A stretch of DNA of 64,000 nucleotides from Hemiscyllium ocellatum (GCF_020745735.1 NW_026867458.1:1-64000); one strand, 5' to 3'. Shown: positions 23,560-36,940, counted from the stretch's first letter. Numbers and translations are program-made. Notes: generated by a model not told the origin, from the sequence alone.

Positions 23560-25780
23560 CCTTCCTACCTTCCCCAAGGCCTCACCTTCATCCCCCTACG
23601 CTCTCGGATGAACGAGTTCAACACGCGGCGAGACATCGAACAATTCTTCCGCCGCCTTCGCCTCCGTGCCTACTTCTTCAACCAGGATTCTCGCCCACCC
23701 TCTGACGACCCCTTCTCCCGCCTCCAACACACCCCATCCACCTGGACACCCTGTGCTGGCCTCTTACCTGCCCTCAATCACTTCATAGCCAACTGCCGCC
23801 GCGACATTCACCGCCTCAACCTCTCCATCCCTCTCACCCACTCCAACCTCTCACCCTCAGAACGTGCAGCCCTCCACTCCCTCCACTCCAACCCCAACCT
23901 CACCATCAAACCGGCAGACAAGGGAGGCGCGGTAGTAGTTTGGCGCACCGACCTTTACACCGCTGAGGCTAAACGCCAGCTCGCGGACACCTTCTCTTAC
24001 TGCCCCCTTGACCATGACCCCACCTCCAACCACCAAACCATCATCTCCCAGACCATCCATAACCTCATCACCTCAGGCGATCTCCCTTCCATCGTCTCCA
24101 AACTCAGAGTCCCACAACCCCACACCGCCCGTTTCTACCTCCTGCCCAAAATCCACAAACCTGACTGCCCCGGCTGACCCATTGTCTCAGCCTGCTCCTG
24201 CCCCAGAGAACTCATCTCTGCATACCTCGACATGGTCCTGTCCCCCTTAGTCCAAGAACTCCCCACCTACGTTTGGGACACCACCCACGCCCTCCACCTC
24301 CTCTATGATTTTCGCTTCCCCGGTCCCCAACGCCTTATCTTCACCATGGACATCCAGTCCCTGTACACCTCCATCCTCCATCATGAAGGACTCAAAGCCC
24401 TCCGCTTCTTCCTTTCCCGCCGGACCAACCAGTACCCTTCCACTGACACCCTCCATCGACTGACTGAACTGGTCCTCACCCTGAACACTTTACAACACTC
24501 CCACTTCCTACAAACCAAAGGAGTAGCCATGGGCACCCGAATGGGCCCCAGCTATGTCTGCCTCTTCGTCGGATATGTGGAACAGTCCATTTTCCGCAAC
24601 TACACTGGCACCACCCCCACCTTTTCCTCCGCTACATCGATGACTGTATCGGCGCTGCCTCGTGGAGGCAGGTTGAACAGTTCATCCACTTTACCAACAC
24701 CTTCCACCCTGACCTCAAATTTACCTGGACCATCTCAGACACCTCCTTCCCCTTCCTAGACCTTTCCCTTTCTATCTCAGGCAACCGAATCAATGCGGAC
24801 ATTTACTATAAACCGACCGACTCCCACAACTACCTAGACTACGCCTCCTCCCACCCTGCCCCCTGTAAAAACGCCATCCCATATTCCCAATTCCTTCGTC
24901 TCCACCGCATCTGTTCCCAGGAGGACCAGTTCCAATACTGTAAAACCCAGATGGCCTCCTTCTTCAAAGACCGCAATATCTCCTCAGACGTGATCGAATA
25001 TGACCTCCACCCCATCTCCTCCACTTCCCGCTCCTCCGCCCTTGAGCCCCGCCCCTCCAATCGCCACCAGGACAGAACCCCACTGGTCCTCACCTACCAC
25101 CCCACCAACCTCCATATATATCGTATCATCCGTCGTCATTTCCACCACCTCCAAACGGACCCCACCACCAGAGATATATTTCCCTCCCCTCCCCGATCAG
25201 CATTCTAAAAAGACCATTCCCTCCGTGACTCCCTCGTCAGGTCCACCCCCCCCCACCAACCCAACCTCCACTCCCGGCATCTTCCCCTGCAACTGCAAGA
25301 GATGCAAAATTGCCTCCCCCCTTACTTCCTTCCAAGGCCCAAGGGATCCTTCCATATCCACCACAAATTCACCTGCACCTCCACACACATCATTTACTGC
25401 ATCCGCTGCACCCGATGGGGCCTCCTCTATATTAGGAAGACAGGCTGCCTACTTGCGGACCGTTTCAGAGAACACCTCTGGGACACCCGGACCAACCAAC
25501 CCAACCACCCCGTGGCTCAACGCTTCAACACCCTCTCCCACTCCACCAAGGACATGCAGGTCCTTGGACTCCTCTATCGCCAGGCCATAGCAACACGACG
25601 GCTGGAGGAAGAGCGCCTAATCTTCCGCCTGATGGACACACTTTCCTCATTCCTGAAGAAGGGCTCATGCCCGAAACGTCGACTCTCCTGCTCCTTGGAT
25701 GCTGCCTGACCTACTGCGCTTTTCCAGCAACAGATTTTCAGCTCTGATCTCCAGCGCCTGCAGTCCTCACTTTCTCCCAG
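23560..25780 (+). mobile_element. Penelope-like retroelement (RT + GIY-YIG endonuclease) with terminal repeat; 5' truncated, frameshifted
   Basis: TIKPADKGGAVVVW, FYLLPKIHK, FTMDIQSLYTSI, QTKGVAMGTRMGPSY, YIDDC, PFLD; then IIYCIRC..WGLLYI..TG..LADRFREH (GIY-YIG); followed by the terminal repeat at 25650-25780. Confidence 0.95.
25649..25684 (+). ncRNA. Candidate minimal hammerhead ribozyme in the Penelope terminal repeat
   Basis: CTGAAGA-A-GGGC-TCAT-GCCC-GAAAC-GTC: conserved core, 4-bp stem II, palindromic ACGT in place of stem III. Stem I is weak. Confidence 0.6.
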
Positions 25781-25789
25781 TGGGATCTT

Positions 25790-26760
25790 GCAGAGGCCAG
25801 TATTGGGACCTCGCAGTTTCTAGGTTTATTGAAATAACTTTCACTTGAAAGTTGGAGGATTGATCAGTGAGTTCACAGATGATATGAAAACCAGTGTGGT
25901 GGCAAACAGTGAGGAAGATGGGCTTAGATCATAGGAGGGCAATCATGGTAAGGGAATACGTGATGAACTATAGGACCCTGGGAAGCACTGAAGATCAGAG
26001 GGACCTTGTTGTGCATGTCCCCCAGTCACTTAAACACCAACACAGGTGATAAACTCGCCTTTCCTTGTTAAGCACCGAGTTTGAGCTGGGAAGTTCTGTT
26101 AGAACTATCGAAAACATTGGCTAGGGGACAGCTAGCTTGTTGTCTGCATTTCTGGAATCCCCATTTAAGGAGGGATGTGTTAGCACTCAAGACTTGGAAA
26201 GATATTGTCTGAGCTGGAGAGTTTCAGTTATGAAGAGCGACTGGAAAGATTGGTTCGTTTTCCTTAGACCAGAGAGATTGAGAGGGGAGTCACAGGTAGA
26301 TAGGATAGTGACAAAGGCATTTGATATACTTTCCCTTATTAGTCAGAGCATTGAGTAAAGAAGTTTGGAGGTCATGTTGTGGCGGTACAGGACATTGGTT
26401 AGGCCACCTTTGGAGTATTGTGTGCAATTCTGCTCTGATTCCTATAGAAAGGATGTTTTGAAATTTGAAAGGGTTCAGAAAAGATTTACAAGGATGTTGC
26501 CAGGGTTAGAGGGTTTGAACTACAGGAAAGGCTGAATAGGCTGGAACTGGTTTCCCTGGAGTGTCGAAGGTTGAGGAGTGACCTTCTAGAGGTTTATAAA
26601 ATCATGGATGCATGGATAGGGTAAATAGACAAGGTTTTTTCCCTGGGGTGGGGGAGTCCAGAACTAGAGGGCATAGGTTTAGGGTGAGAGGGGAAAGACT
26701 TACAAGGGTCCTAAGGGGCAACGTTTTCATGCAACAGGCGGTGCGTGTATGCAAGAGGAA
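25790..26760 (+). mobile_element. Patchwork of CR1 RT C-terminal/3' fragments
   Basis: LVRPPLEYCVQF-like and ggttcagaaaagatttacaaggatgttgcc segments matching other CR1 copies in the window. Confidence 0.75.
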
Positions 26761-26826
26761 GTGCAGGCCAGTACAAGGCTAGTAACATATAAAAGGCATC
26801 GGGAGGGGTAAAAGAAAACTCCACAA

Positions 26827-26863
26827 CCACCTGATGAAGGAGCAGTGTTCGGAAAGCTAGTGG
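26827..26863 (+). ncRNA. Candidate minimal hammerhead ribozyme in a second Penelope-like terminal repeat family
   Basis: CCAC-CTGATGA-A-GGAGC-AGT-GTTCG-GAAA-GCTA-GTGG: 4-bp stem I, core, stem II with one mismatch, palindromic AGCT. Confidence 0.6.
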
Positions 26864-27199
26864 TTCCAAATAAACCTGTTGGATTATAACCTGGTGTTGG
26901 GTGATTTTTAATTTGAACTGGAAGGGATTAGAGGGCCAAGTGCTGGTAAATGGGACGAGGTTAATTTTGGATATCAGGTTGGCATGGACGAGTTGGGCTG
27001 AAGGATCTGTTTCTGTGTTGTACATCTGTTTGACTCTATGAGATCACTGAGATGTACAAAATAATGAGAGGTGTTGATTGGGTAGACAGTAAGGAAATAT
27101 TCCCCTTGATGGAGGAACCAATTCAGACAAATGTTGTGAAGACTGGAAGGCAGTGCAGATATTTAAGGTAAGGGACAGGAGACTTAAGGGGAATGTCAG

Positions 27200-27990
27200 T
27201 GATAAAGTCATACAGCATGGAAACAGACCTTTTGGTTCCCCCCAAAGTCCATGCTACCCATAATCCCAAACAAAACTAGTCCCACCACCTGCTCCTGGCC
27301 CATATCCCTTCAATACTTTCCTGTTTGTCCAAATACCTTTTAAACATTGGAACTGTACCCACATCCATTAATTCCTCACGAACCACTCTCTGTGTAGAAA
27401 AAGTTGACCCTCATTTCCCTTTTAAATCTTTCTCCTCTCACTTTAAAAGTATGTCCCCTAGTGCTGAAGTCTAGGGGGGAATAAGCTCCCTAGTCCAAGG
27501 GGAAAATTTCCTCACTATCTGCCTTATGAACACCCCTCATTATTTTATACATCTCAACCATGTCATTGAGTAATAGAGACATACAGCACAGAAACAGATC
27601 CTTCGGCCCAACTTATCCATGCTGACCAGATATCCTAAATTACCCTAGTCCCATTTACCTGTACTTGTTCCATATCTCTCTAATCACTTCCTCTTCATAT
27701 ACAAACCCTGAAGTCTATCACCCGAGGGAAAAGACATCTGACATTCACCTTATATATGCTCCTTATTATATTATAAACCTCTGTAAGGTCACCCCTCAAC
27801 CTTCAAGCTCCTTTCCATCGAACTCAAACCATCCAGTCCTGGCAACATCCTTGTAAATAATTTCTGAACAGTTTAACAATACCCCTCCTATAACAGGGAG
27901 ACCAGAATAGGACACAGTATTCTAGAAGAGGCCTGTACAACCTCAACATGATGTCCTAACTCCTATACTCATGGTCTGTGTAATGAAGGA
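27200..27990 (-). mobile_element. CR1 3' tail fragments
   Basis: Repeated catacagcatggaaacagacc...ggcccaac tails in reverse orientation. Confidence 0.6.
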
Positions 27991-28123
27991 AAAAGGCTTT
28001 CACCCAGAGGTTGGTGAGAAATTGAATTCACTGCCGGAAGGGCATTACAGACAGAAGCTCATCAAATCATTGAAGAAGTATTCAGATGTGCACTTGCGAT
28101 GCCAAGACATACAAGGTGATGGG

Positions 28124-28289
28124 TCTTGAAGGAGAACCGTTGCTGGTGTTTTTGAATCTGTAGTCTGTACTGTTTGCCCGAAATGTCAATTTTCCTGCTC
28201 CTTGGATGCTGCCTGACTTGCTGGGTTGTTCCAGCACCACTCTAATCTAGACTCTGGTTTCCAGCATCTGCAGTCCTTGTTTTTACCTG
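28124..28289 (+). mobile_element. Short Penelope-derived insertion with perfect 15-bp TSD
   Basis: atacaaggtgatggg at 28109-28123 and 28290-28304 flanks a terminal-repeat fragment. Confidence 0.85.
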
Positions 28290-29344
28290 ATACAAGGTGA
28301 TGGGCCGAGGGCTGAGAAATGAGGTTACCATAGTTTGATGGTTGTTTTTGACTGGCACAGAATCAATGGGCTGAAGGGACTTGTTCTGCAATGTCGACCA
28401 CTGCCATTCGATAAACAACAGGACAATGAAGAGCCTTTGATTGAGGTGTTGGCACTAACAATTGTCAGTGTGGCAGTGCCACAAGGTTGAGCTTTATTCT
28501 GACACACTGTCAGACCTGGGTTTGAACTCTGTTCTCGCTCTCTGCAGATGCTTCTGCACCTGCTAAATATCTTCATCACTCAGTGTTTATTTGTGGTGAC
28601 AGAGAGGATCTGAGGCTGCAGAGATGAAATCTGATGGTTTGTTAGATATGGGAAGGCGAAGCAGACACTTCCTGATTGAAAATGAAAAATCAAAGATAGA
28701 ATTGTGAGGCTGTAAATCTATATTTTGTTCCACAAATCCAGACGACACAAGTTTGAGTACGACAGCAGATGCTTTATTATCGGAGTGCAGCGCGAGATTC
28801 TCCATGTCCCTGAAAGTAGTTGTGCGTCTACTTGTGGTGATACAAAAGGTCTATAATCCACATGGTTGACTGTCGTTACACTGTTTAAGATGGGCAATTA
28901 TAATTTTACAAGGTCCGGTGAATGTTGATGTCCTGCGATAACAACTGATTATCGTGTTCTTCATGATCATGTGTCAATGGGAAGATTAAAACTGAAGGGT
29001 TTTGCCTGTTTTCAACGGGGAATTCACATCCCTATGCTAATATGGAGAGAAGCAAGATAATGGGAGCAGGAGGCAGTTGAACAGGGTTGCGGCCAAGGCT
29101 ATCAGTCTGGGCTGGGGAGGACAAATACCGTTGCCTGAGGCTGCAGAGGAATCCACATGTGTGGCTGCAATGGATTCCTTCTCGAAGATTCAGTTATCCT
29201 ACTGAGATGTTCCGTCTATTCTGTAATTGATACTGTAGTGAGTCTGTTTCACAGTGGAATGTTTAACCCTTGAGTGCCCAGTATGCCTTGAAAGAGAATT
29301 AAAACATGAAGTGATCCTTTTCTGGCTTTATAACATCCTCACCA

Positions 29345-30142
29345 AACTCCTCCTGTCAGATATAAACCAGCCCCTCGCTCACTGACACCAATCACCCCCT
29401 GTCGAATATAAACCACCCCACAGACACAAATCTCCCCATGTCTGATTTCACCCTGTCCCACAGACAGTGACAACAGTTTCCTCCAGTCTGATATAAACCA
29501 GCCTCACAGTCACTGACACCAATCTCCCCCAGTCTGATATAAACCACCCCACAGTCACTGACACCAATCTCCCCCTGTCTGATATAAACCAGCCCCACAG
29601 TCACTGACACCAATCTCCCCCTGTCTGATATAAACCAGCCCCACAGTCACTGACACCAATCTCCCCCAGTCTGATATAAACCAGCCTCACAGACACTGAC
29701 ACCAATCTCCCCCTGTCTGATATAAACCAGCCCCACAGACACTGACACCAATCTCCCCCAGTCTGATATAAACCAGCCCCACAGTCACTGACACTAATCT
29801 CTGCCTGTCTGATATAAACCAGCCCCACAGACACTGACACCAATCTCCCCCTGTCTGATATACACCAGCCCCACAGTCACTGACACCAATCTCCCCCTGT
29901 CTGATATAAACCAGCCCCACAGACACTGACACCAATCTCCCCAGTCTGATATAAACCAGCCCCACAGACACTGACACCAATCTCTGCCTGTCTGATATAA
30001 ACCAGCCCCACAGACACTGACACCAATCTCTGCCTGTCTGATATAAACCAGCCCCACAGACACTGACACCAATCTCCCCTGTCTGATATAAACCAGCCCC
30101 ACAGTCACTGACACTAATCTCTGTCTGTCTGATATAAACCAA
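29345..30142. repeat. 46-bp minisatellite, consensus CTGATATAAACCAGCCCCACAGWCACTGACACCAATCTCCCCCTGT
   Basis: About 17 direct units with 45-47 bp period. Confidence 0.95.
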
Positions 30143-30149
30143 CTAGTTA

Positions 30150-30275
30150 AAAGGACTGCAGATGCTGGAAACCAGAGTCTAGATGAGAGTGGTACTGGAA
30201 AAGCACAGCAGGTCAGGCAGCATCCGAGGAGCAGGAAAATCGACGTGTCGGGCAAAACCCCTTCATCAGGAATAG
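30150..30275 (-). mobile_element. Penelope terminal-repeat fragment
   Basis: Minus strand CTGATGAAGGGTTTTGCCCGACACGTCGATTTTCCTGCTC, then the terminal repeat body. Confidence 0.8.
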
Positions 30276-30289
30276 AGGCAGGGAGCCTG

Positions 30290-31515
30290 CAGATTGGAAA
30301 GACAGAGGAGGATATCTTCTTCAAGACAAAAAAGACTGAGTGTCTGCCTCTCATAATTTTGTACAGTTCTATAAGATCCCCTCTCAGTCTCCTAGACTGC
30401 CAAGAAAAGAAAAAGCTTGTTCAGCCTCTCCTTATAACACTGAGTGCGAGCAACATCCTTATAAATTTCTTCTGCACTCTTTCCAGTTTAATAACATCCT
30501 TCCCCGAGTAAGGTGACCAAAACAGAACACATGCTCCAACTGCAGCCTCACCCACCTCCTGTATAACTGTCGGTTTTTGTGAAGACAGAACTAAAGGATG
30601 TATACAATTGCTCAGCTGTTCGTTGTCCTTTGTTATACATTTCCCCAATTTCCATCTGTAGGGACCTAACATTTGTCTTCATCAATCTCTTTCTCTTCAT
30701 GTACTGTAGAACCTTGTAGCATCAGTCTTCATGTTCCCTGCAAGCTTACTTTCTTTTGTACTGTGTTTTCCCCATCTTAATCAATCCCTTGGTCCTTCTT
30801 TGCTGAATTCGAAACTGCTCTCAAATATCAGACCTGTTATTTTTCTTGGCCCATTTCCTTCAATTGGATGCTATCTAATTTCCTTTATAAGCCATGGATT
30901 GGCCCTGTTACCCATTTTGCTTTTGTACCAGACAGGAATAAATAGTTGTTGCAGTTCCCCCATGATTTCCTTGAATATTTGCTAATGCCTATCTACTGTC
31001 ACACCTTTAAGCAACTTTCACTGATCTATCAACGCCAACTCATGCCTTATATATCTTCACAGTTTCCTTTATTAAAATTCAGCACCCTAGTCTCCAAATC
31101 AGCTGGCTCACTCTCCATCTTGATAAAAAAGTTGTATCATGTCATGGTCACTCATCCCCAAGGAGTCTCACGCAGCTAGATTGGCAATGATTCCCTTCTC
31201 ATTACACAGTACCCAGTCTAAGATGGCCTGCTCTCTAGTTGGTTCATCCACATATTGGTTAAGAAAACCATCCTGTATGTACTCCAGGAATTTTTCCTCT
31301 AAGACATTGTGGCTAATTTGATTTGTCCAATCTAGATGCAGATTAAAATCACCCATGATCACAGATGTCTCCATATCACATGCTTGGCTAATTTCCTGTT
31401 TAATACTATTCCGATATGACCACTGCAGTCTGGGGGTCTGTCTATGACACCCACTAATGTTTTTTGTCCCTTGGTATTTCACAACTCCTCCCATACAGTC
31501 TCCACATTGTCAAAG
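30290..31515 (-). mobile_element. CR1 fragments (endonuclease and RT C-terminal parts)
   Basis: ORF 31168-31494 has VIMGDFNLH and AILDWVLCN; ORF 30421-30672 has FWSPY..KDVIKLERVQKKF. Confidence 0.85.
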
Positions 31516-32569
31516 CTAATGTCCTAAAAAGAGATGAACAAAAATACGTGACCAGGAATTGAGATATTTCTGCTCAATTATTGATCTTGATTTGATGTTA
31601 ATTAGCCTTGTCGACTTTCAATGAATAGCTTCGTAAAATCTGGGACCGCCAGCAGAAGGTGATGAGCTAGAACATTTGTGGAATTGCTTTCTCAGTAAAT
31701 GAACATAGATACAACTTGTTGAGTTTTTCACAGTAGATGACAGTGCTTCTCCAGCAGGTGGAAGTGACGGCTGATAGTAGATCCTTCAACCAACACCTTC
31801 ACTCATAAAAAGTTAAGGCACACAAAAGATTGACTGAGGCTACTTAGTTTAACATCATTTATTGAAAAAAATGGTGGAGTCTTTAAAAAAGGATGTTCCA
31901 GCAGAAAACTGGGAATGGCTTTACAAAATGGAAATCTTGCCTGATAAATGTATTGGAATTCTTGGAGAAAATGGAGGAAACGGTGATTGTAATATGTTTT
32001 GATTTTCTGAAGGTGTTTGACAGCACCCATGCATAAGATTACTGAATAAGAAAGGAGCCTTGGCTTTGGAGGTACTGTATTAACGTGGAGAGAGGATTTT
32101 TGAAATCCCAATCCGAAAAGTTTGATGAAGTGTTTTATTTTACAGGATGTCAAAGTGTGGAGTACCACATAAATCTGTTCTGGGGGACAAAAAAATGTAC
32201 AAAGTATTTTGATGACTTAGATGAGGAAAGTGAGTATATTGTAGGCAAGTTTGCGAAAGACACAAAAATTCGAGCGGAGACAAGTGGTGAGTATGACACA
32301 AAAAGAAGTTTGTGGAGCGATACAGATAGGACGAGAGTGAACAAGGAGTTTTGCACATTAATGTAATGTGGATTAAATAAATGAGAACAGACATAAACCG
32401 TGAACTTGTGCATTTTAACAGGCAAGATAGAGATTGAATTCAGAAATCTACAGAAAGTCTGCATCTCCGAACTACAAAACGTTAGCTTTTAATTTCAACT
32501 GTCAATAAAGATGGCAAATGTCATGTTGGGGTTTGTTTAAAAACTAATGGAATATTGAGATTAGGAACA

Positions 32570-34200
32570 GCCAGATAGAGCAGCGAATGTGTAGCTGAGG
32601 AGCTGCTGCAGGGGTTAGGATTCCCATTTTTCAATCATTGGGATCTCTTCAGGGATAGAAATGATCTATATAAGAGGGACCTGACTTGGAAGGGGACCGA
32701 TATTCTTGTGGGGAAATTTGCTAGCAGTATGCTGAAGGTTTTAAATTAGTAAGGTGGATGGTGGGAACTAACAAGATAGTGAGAAAAGAGAAGTGTTTGA
32801 GGTGAGATGCGGTGAGCAATTCTCGGGGTCAAGGCAGACGACAGTTTGGCAAGAGCAAGGTAAGACTGTTAAACTGCATTTACTTTGATGGAAGAGGCCT
32901 GACATGTGAGACAGATGAACATAGAGCATAGATGGGAATGTGGGACAAGGATATCATTACCATTACAGAAATGTGGCTCAGGGATGAACAGGACTGGCAA
33001 CTTAATGTTCCAGGATACAGATGTTATAGAATGTATAGACAGGAGATGGAGGAGTGTTTTTGGTTAGAAAGAACATTACAGCTGGATGTAGAGAGGATAT
33101 TTCTCGGAGACTGCCCAGTGAAGTTATATGGATGAAACTTAAAAATAAGAAAGAGGTGATGACCTTGCTGGGATTGTAAAATGGGCCTCCTGATAGTCAG
33201 TGGGAAATTTACAAGCGATTATGCTTTCTGTAAGGAAAGAGGATAATGGTAGGGAATTTTAACTTTCCAACCAGAGTTTGGGGTAGTGTTAAGATCTTGG
33301 AATGTGGAGAAATTGGTTAAGTGTGAACAAGAAAACATTGTTATTCAATATGTGGATGCACCTACTGGACAGTTCGCAATACTTGACCTTCTGTTGGGAA
33401 TCAAGGCAGGACAAGTGACTGAGGTGTCTGTAGGGACACGCTTCAGGGAAAGTGATCATAATTCTATTGGTTTAATAATAATGATGAGAAAGGATAGAAT
33501 TGATTTAAAAATGAAAGTTTCAAATTGGAGTGTGGCCAGTTTCGATGGTATAAGACTTTGAGATGTTGGTTGGGGGAGGTTATTCACAGGTAAAGGGACG
33601 ACTGACAAGTGGGAGGCCTTTAAGAATGAGACAATGAGAGTTCAGTGATGGTATGTTTCTGTTTGTGTGAAGGGCAAGGCATGGGAAAAGCTCAATGATG
33701 AGGGAAATTGCAACTCCTGTCCAGAAAACGAAGGGGGCATTCATCAGATATAGACAGCTGGGATTGAGTGAATCCTGAGAAGGGTATAAGGGCAGTCAGA
33801 GTATACTTCACCAGGAAATCATGAGGGAAAAAAGGGGGCATGAAATTGCATGGCAAATAGAATTAAGGAGAATCCGAAAAGATTCTAAAATTATTTTAAG
33901 GTTAAAAGAATAACTAAGAAGAGAATACAGCCCTTAAAGATCAAATGAGTTCATCTTACAGAAGAGGAGGTGTTGGGGGTCTTAAAGTAGAAAAATGGAA
34001 ATAAATCCTGGAGAGCTGATTAGGTATTTCTCAGAACTTTGTGGGAAGCTAGGGAAGGGATTCGTGGACCCCTTGCTGAGATATTTGGATCATCGATAAT
34101 CATAGATGAGATGCCAGAAGACTGGAGAGTGACTAATGTGGCAGCATTATTGAAGAAAGTTGTATGGAAAAGCCAGGGAACCATAAACTGGTGAGCCTTT
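32570..34200 (+). mobile_element. Decayed CR1 (ORF1 3' end + endonuclease)
   Basis: DIITITEMWL..DWQLNVPGYRCYR and ILDLLLG...SDHNSI motifs. Confidence 0.8.
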
Positions 34201-34339
34201 CACACCAGAGATGCTGCCTGACCTTCTGAACATTTCCAGCAGTTTCCGTTTTTGTTTCTGATACACAGCATCCACTGTTCTTTCAGTTTTTACTTAGTAG
34301 TCAGAGAGCATTACGTTTTGGATTGGAGGCCTGTTAGAA

Positions 34340-35560
34340 CATAACAACATCCAAACATTAGAAATACGATCAGGAGTAGGCCATCTGACCCCACGAGTCT
34401 GCTCTGCCTTTCAATATCATCATGGATCATCTTTCAATGGACTAAGATTCCACTTACCCACCCGCTCACTATAACCCTCCATTCCTTTACTGTTAAAAAA
34501 TCTATTTCACCTTTAAAACATTCAACAGGTTGGCCTCAGCTGCTTCACTAGGCAGGGGATTCCACAGCTTCACAACCCTTTGGGTGAAGATGTTGATCCT
34601 CAACTCAGTCCTAAATCTGTTGCCCTTATTTTGAGGTTATGCCCCGTCGTTCTAATTTCACCCACCAGTGGAAATAGCCTCCCTGCTTCTGTCTTATCTA
34701 TCCCATTTATAATTTTACAACCCCCTTCCCACATTGTTCTGAATTCCAATGAGTATAATCCCAGTCTGCTCAATCTCTCCTCACAAACCAACCCCCTCAT
34801 TTCCAGAATCAACGTAATCAACCTCCTCAGCAAACCCCACCCCAGTGCCATCTCATGTAAGCGATGAAAAGTGTACAGAGTACTGCAGGCATGGTCACAC
34901 CAGCGCCCTATACAGCTGCAGCAGAAAGTCCTAATTTTAAACACTACCCACTGCCAATGAAGAACACTATTCCATTTGTCTTCCTAATTAGCTACTGTAC
35001 TTGCAAACCATACTTTTGTGTTTCATGCACAAGAACAGCCAAGTCCCCCTGCACAGCAGCATTCTGTTTGTTATTATTCCTACCAAAATGGATGACCTCA
35101 CGTTTACTAACATTGTACTCCATCTGCCAGACTCTTGCCCACTCACTTAACCTGTCTATATCCTCCTGCACACTTTGCTCTATCACTCATTTAAGTGCCT
35201 TCTGCGAACTACAACACACTACACTTGGATCTCTAACTCGAAGCAATCGACCTGAATTGCAAACAATTGCAGTCCCAACACTCATCCCTGAGACACACCA
35301 CTCGCCACTGATTGCCAACCAGAAAAACACCCATTTATCCCCACGTTTTGCATTCTGTTAGTTAACCAGTTTTCTGTCTCTGCTAATGCATTGCCTGTAA
35401 CACTGTGCATCTTTATCTTATGCAGCAGCCTTTTGTGCAGCATCTTGCTGAATGCCTTTTGGAAATCCAGATACACCACGTTCACCAGTTCCCCATTGTC
35501 TACCACGCTCATTATGACCTCAAAGAATTCCAGTTAATCAGTTAAACATGACCTGCCTTT
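34340..35560 (-). mobile_element. CR1 RT-to-3' end fragment
   Basis: VVYLDFQKAF..MLHKRLL, IDRLSEWARVWQMEYNV, LSRLGLYSLEFR. Confidence 0.85.
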
Positions 35561-35569
35561 CATGAACCC

Positions 35570-36940
35570 AAACTTTATTAAATAAATGTGAGGTGCTGCA
35601 TTTTTGTAAGGCAAACCAGGGCAAGACTTATACAATTAATGGCTGGGCCTTGGGGAGTGTTGCTGAGCAAAGAAACCAAAGGGAGCAGATGCATCATTCC
35701 TTGAAAGTGGAGTTGCAGGTAGACAGGGTGGGGAAGAAGGTGTTTGGCATGCTTTCCTTCATTGGTCATAACATTAAGTGTAGGAGTCGAGATGTCATCT
35801 CTCAGCTGTACAGAACATTTGTGAGGCCACGTTTAGAATTATTACAGACAAATCTGGCTGACCATTTCTATGAAGGATTTTGTGAAACTTGAGGGGATGT
35901 AGAAAAGATTTCCAAGAATGATGCTGGAACTGGAGTGTTTAAGGTATAAGGTGAAGCTGAATAGGCTGGGGCTTTTCTTTTCCCTACAGTGAGAGGAAAG
36001 GAGGCTGAGGAGTGGCCTGAACAAGACCCTATAAAATCATGCAGGGCATTGATATGGTGAATAGCCAAGGCCTTTTTCCTCGAGTGGGAGAGTCCAAAAC
36101 TAGAGGACAGCAGATTAAGGTGAGAGGAGAAACGTTTGAAAAGAACCTGAGGGGTAACCTTTTCACGTGTATGTATGGAAACAGCTGCCAGTGGTCGTGG
36201 TGGAGGTGGGTTCAATTACTGCATTTAAAAGGCACCTGGATGGGTGTATGAACAGGTAACATTTAGAGAAAGATAGGCCAAATGTCTGGCAAATGGTACT
36301 CAGTCAGGTTGGGATATCTGGGCAGTGCAGTTGGACCGAAGGGTCTGTTTCTGTGCCTGATATCTGTATGACTATAATGTTTGTTAAAACTGAAAAGAAG
36401 CTCTATTTTTACCACAGCTGGAATACTGTGGACTGTTCTTGGGACTCATCTCACAAAGAAAAGGTACACTGGACTGTGAGACAATCCACACGAGGTTTAG
36501 TCGACTGATCCTGAGGATGGAGGGACTGTCTTGAGAGTAGAGACTGAGTCGTTTGGGCCTATACTCATTAGAACATAGAAGATTCAGTGGTGACATTCTG
36601 AAACATCTATTATTTTCAGGAAACTTGATGGTGTAAATGCAGAAATGTTGTTTCCCCTTGTGGGAGAGGTTCAGGCCAGTGAGTAAAATCTCTGAATTAG
36701 AGGTCACAAATGTCAGGCAGAACAGAATTTTGTCTCCCAGAATGTAGTGAATCTGTGGAATTTGTTTCCATAGAACACTGAAGGCTGAAATGGGCAGGTT
36801 TTGATTTGGGAATTGAATCAATGCTTACAGTTAAACGCTGTAAAAATGGAGGTGAGGATTATCAGCTCAGCTATGATGTCATTGTTTGGAAGCCCAAACC
36901 CCATTGGCTGAACAGACCGCTTCTGGTTCCCTCTCATTGA
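35570..36940 (+). mobile_element. Two CR1 3' fragments in tandem
   Basis: KCEVLHF...QLYRTFVRP.LE; a second copy with RLSRLGLYSLE-like sequence at 36530-36600. Confidence 0.75.

Noticed and set aside
28540-28990. Signal-peptide-like MLLHLLNIFITQCLFV followed by RFSMS, as a possible V pseudogene
   Set aside because: No good splice donor, no conserved Cys/Trp, no YYC motif and no RSS.
13990-30142. Tandem arrays as CRISPR-like loci
   Set aside because: Units are contiguous with no unique spacers, there are no cas genes, and the context is vertebrate.
29392-30354. Cys/Trp-rich repetitive ORFs
   Set aside because: Translations of the 46-bp minisatellite and the adjacent Penelope repeat.
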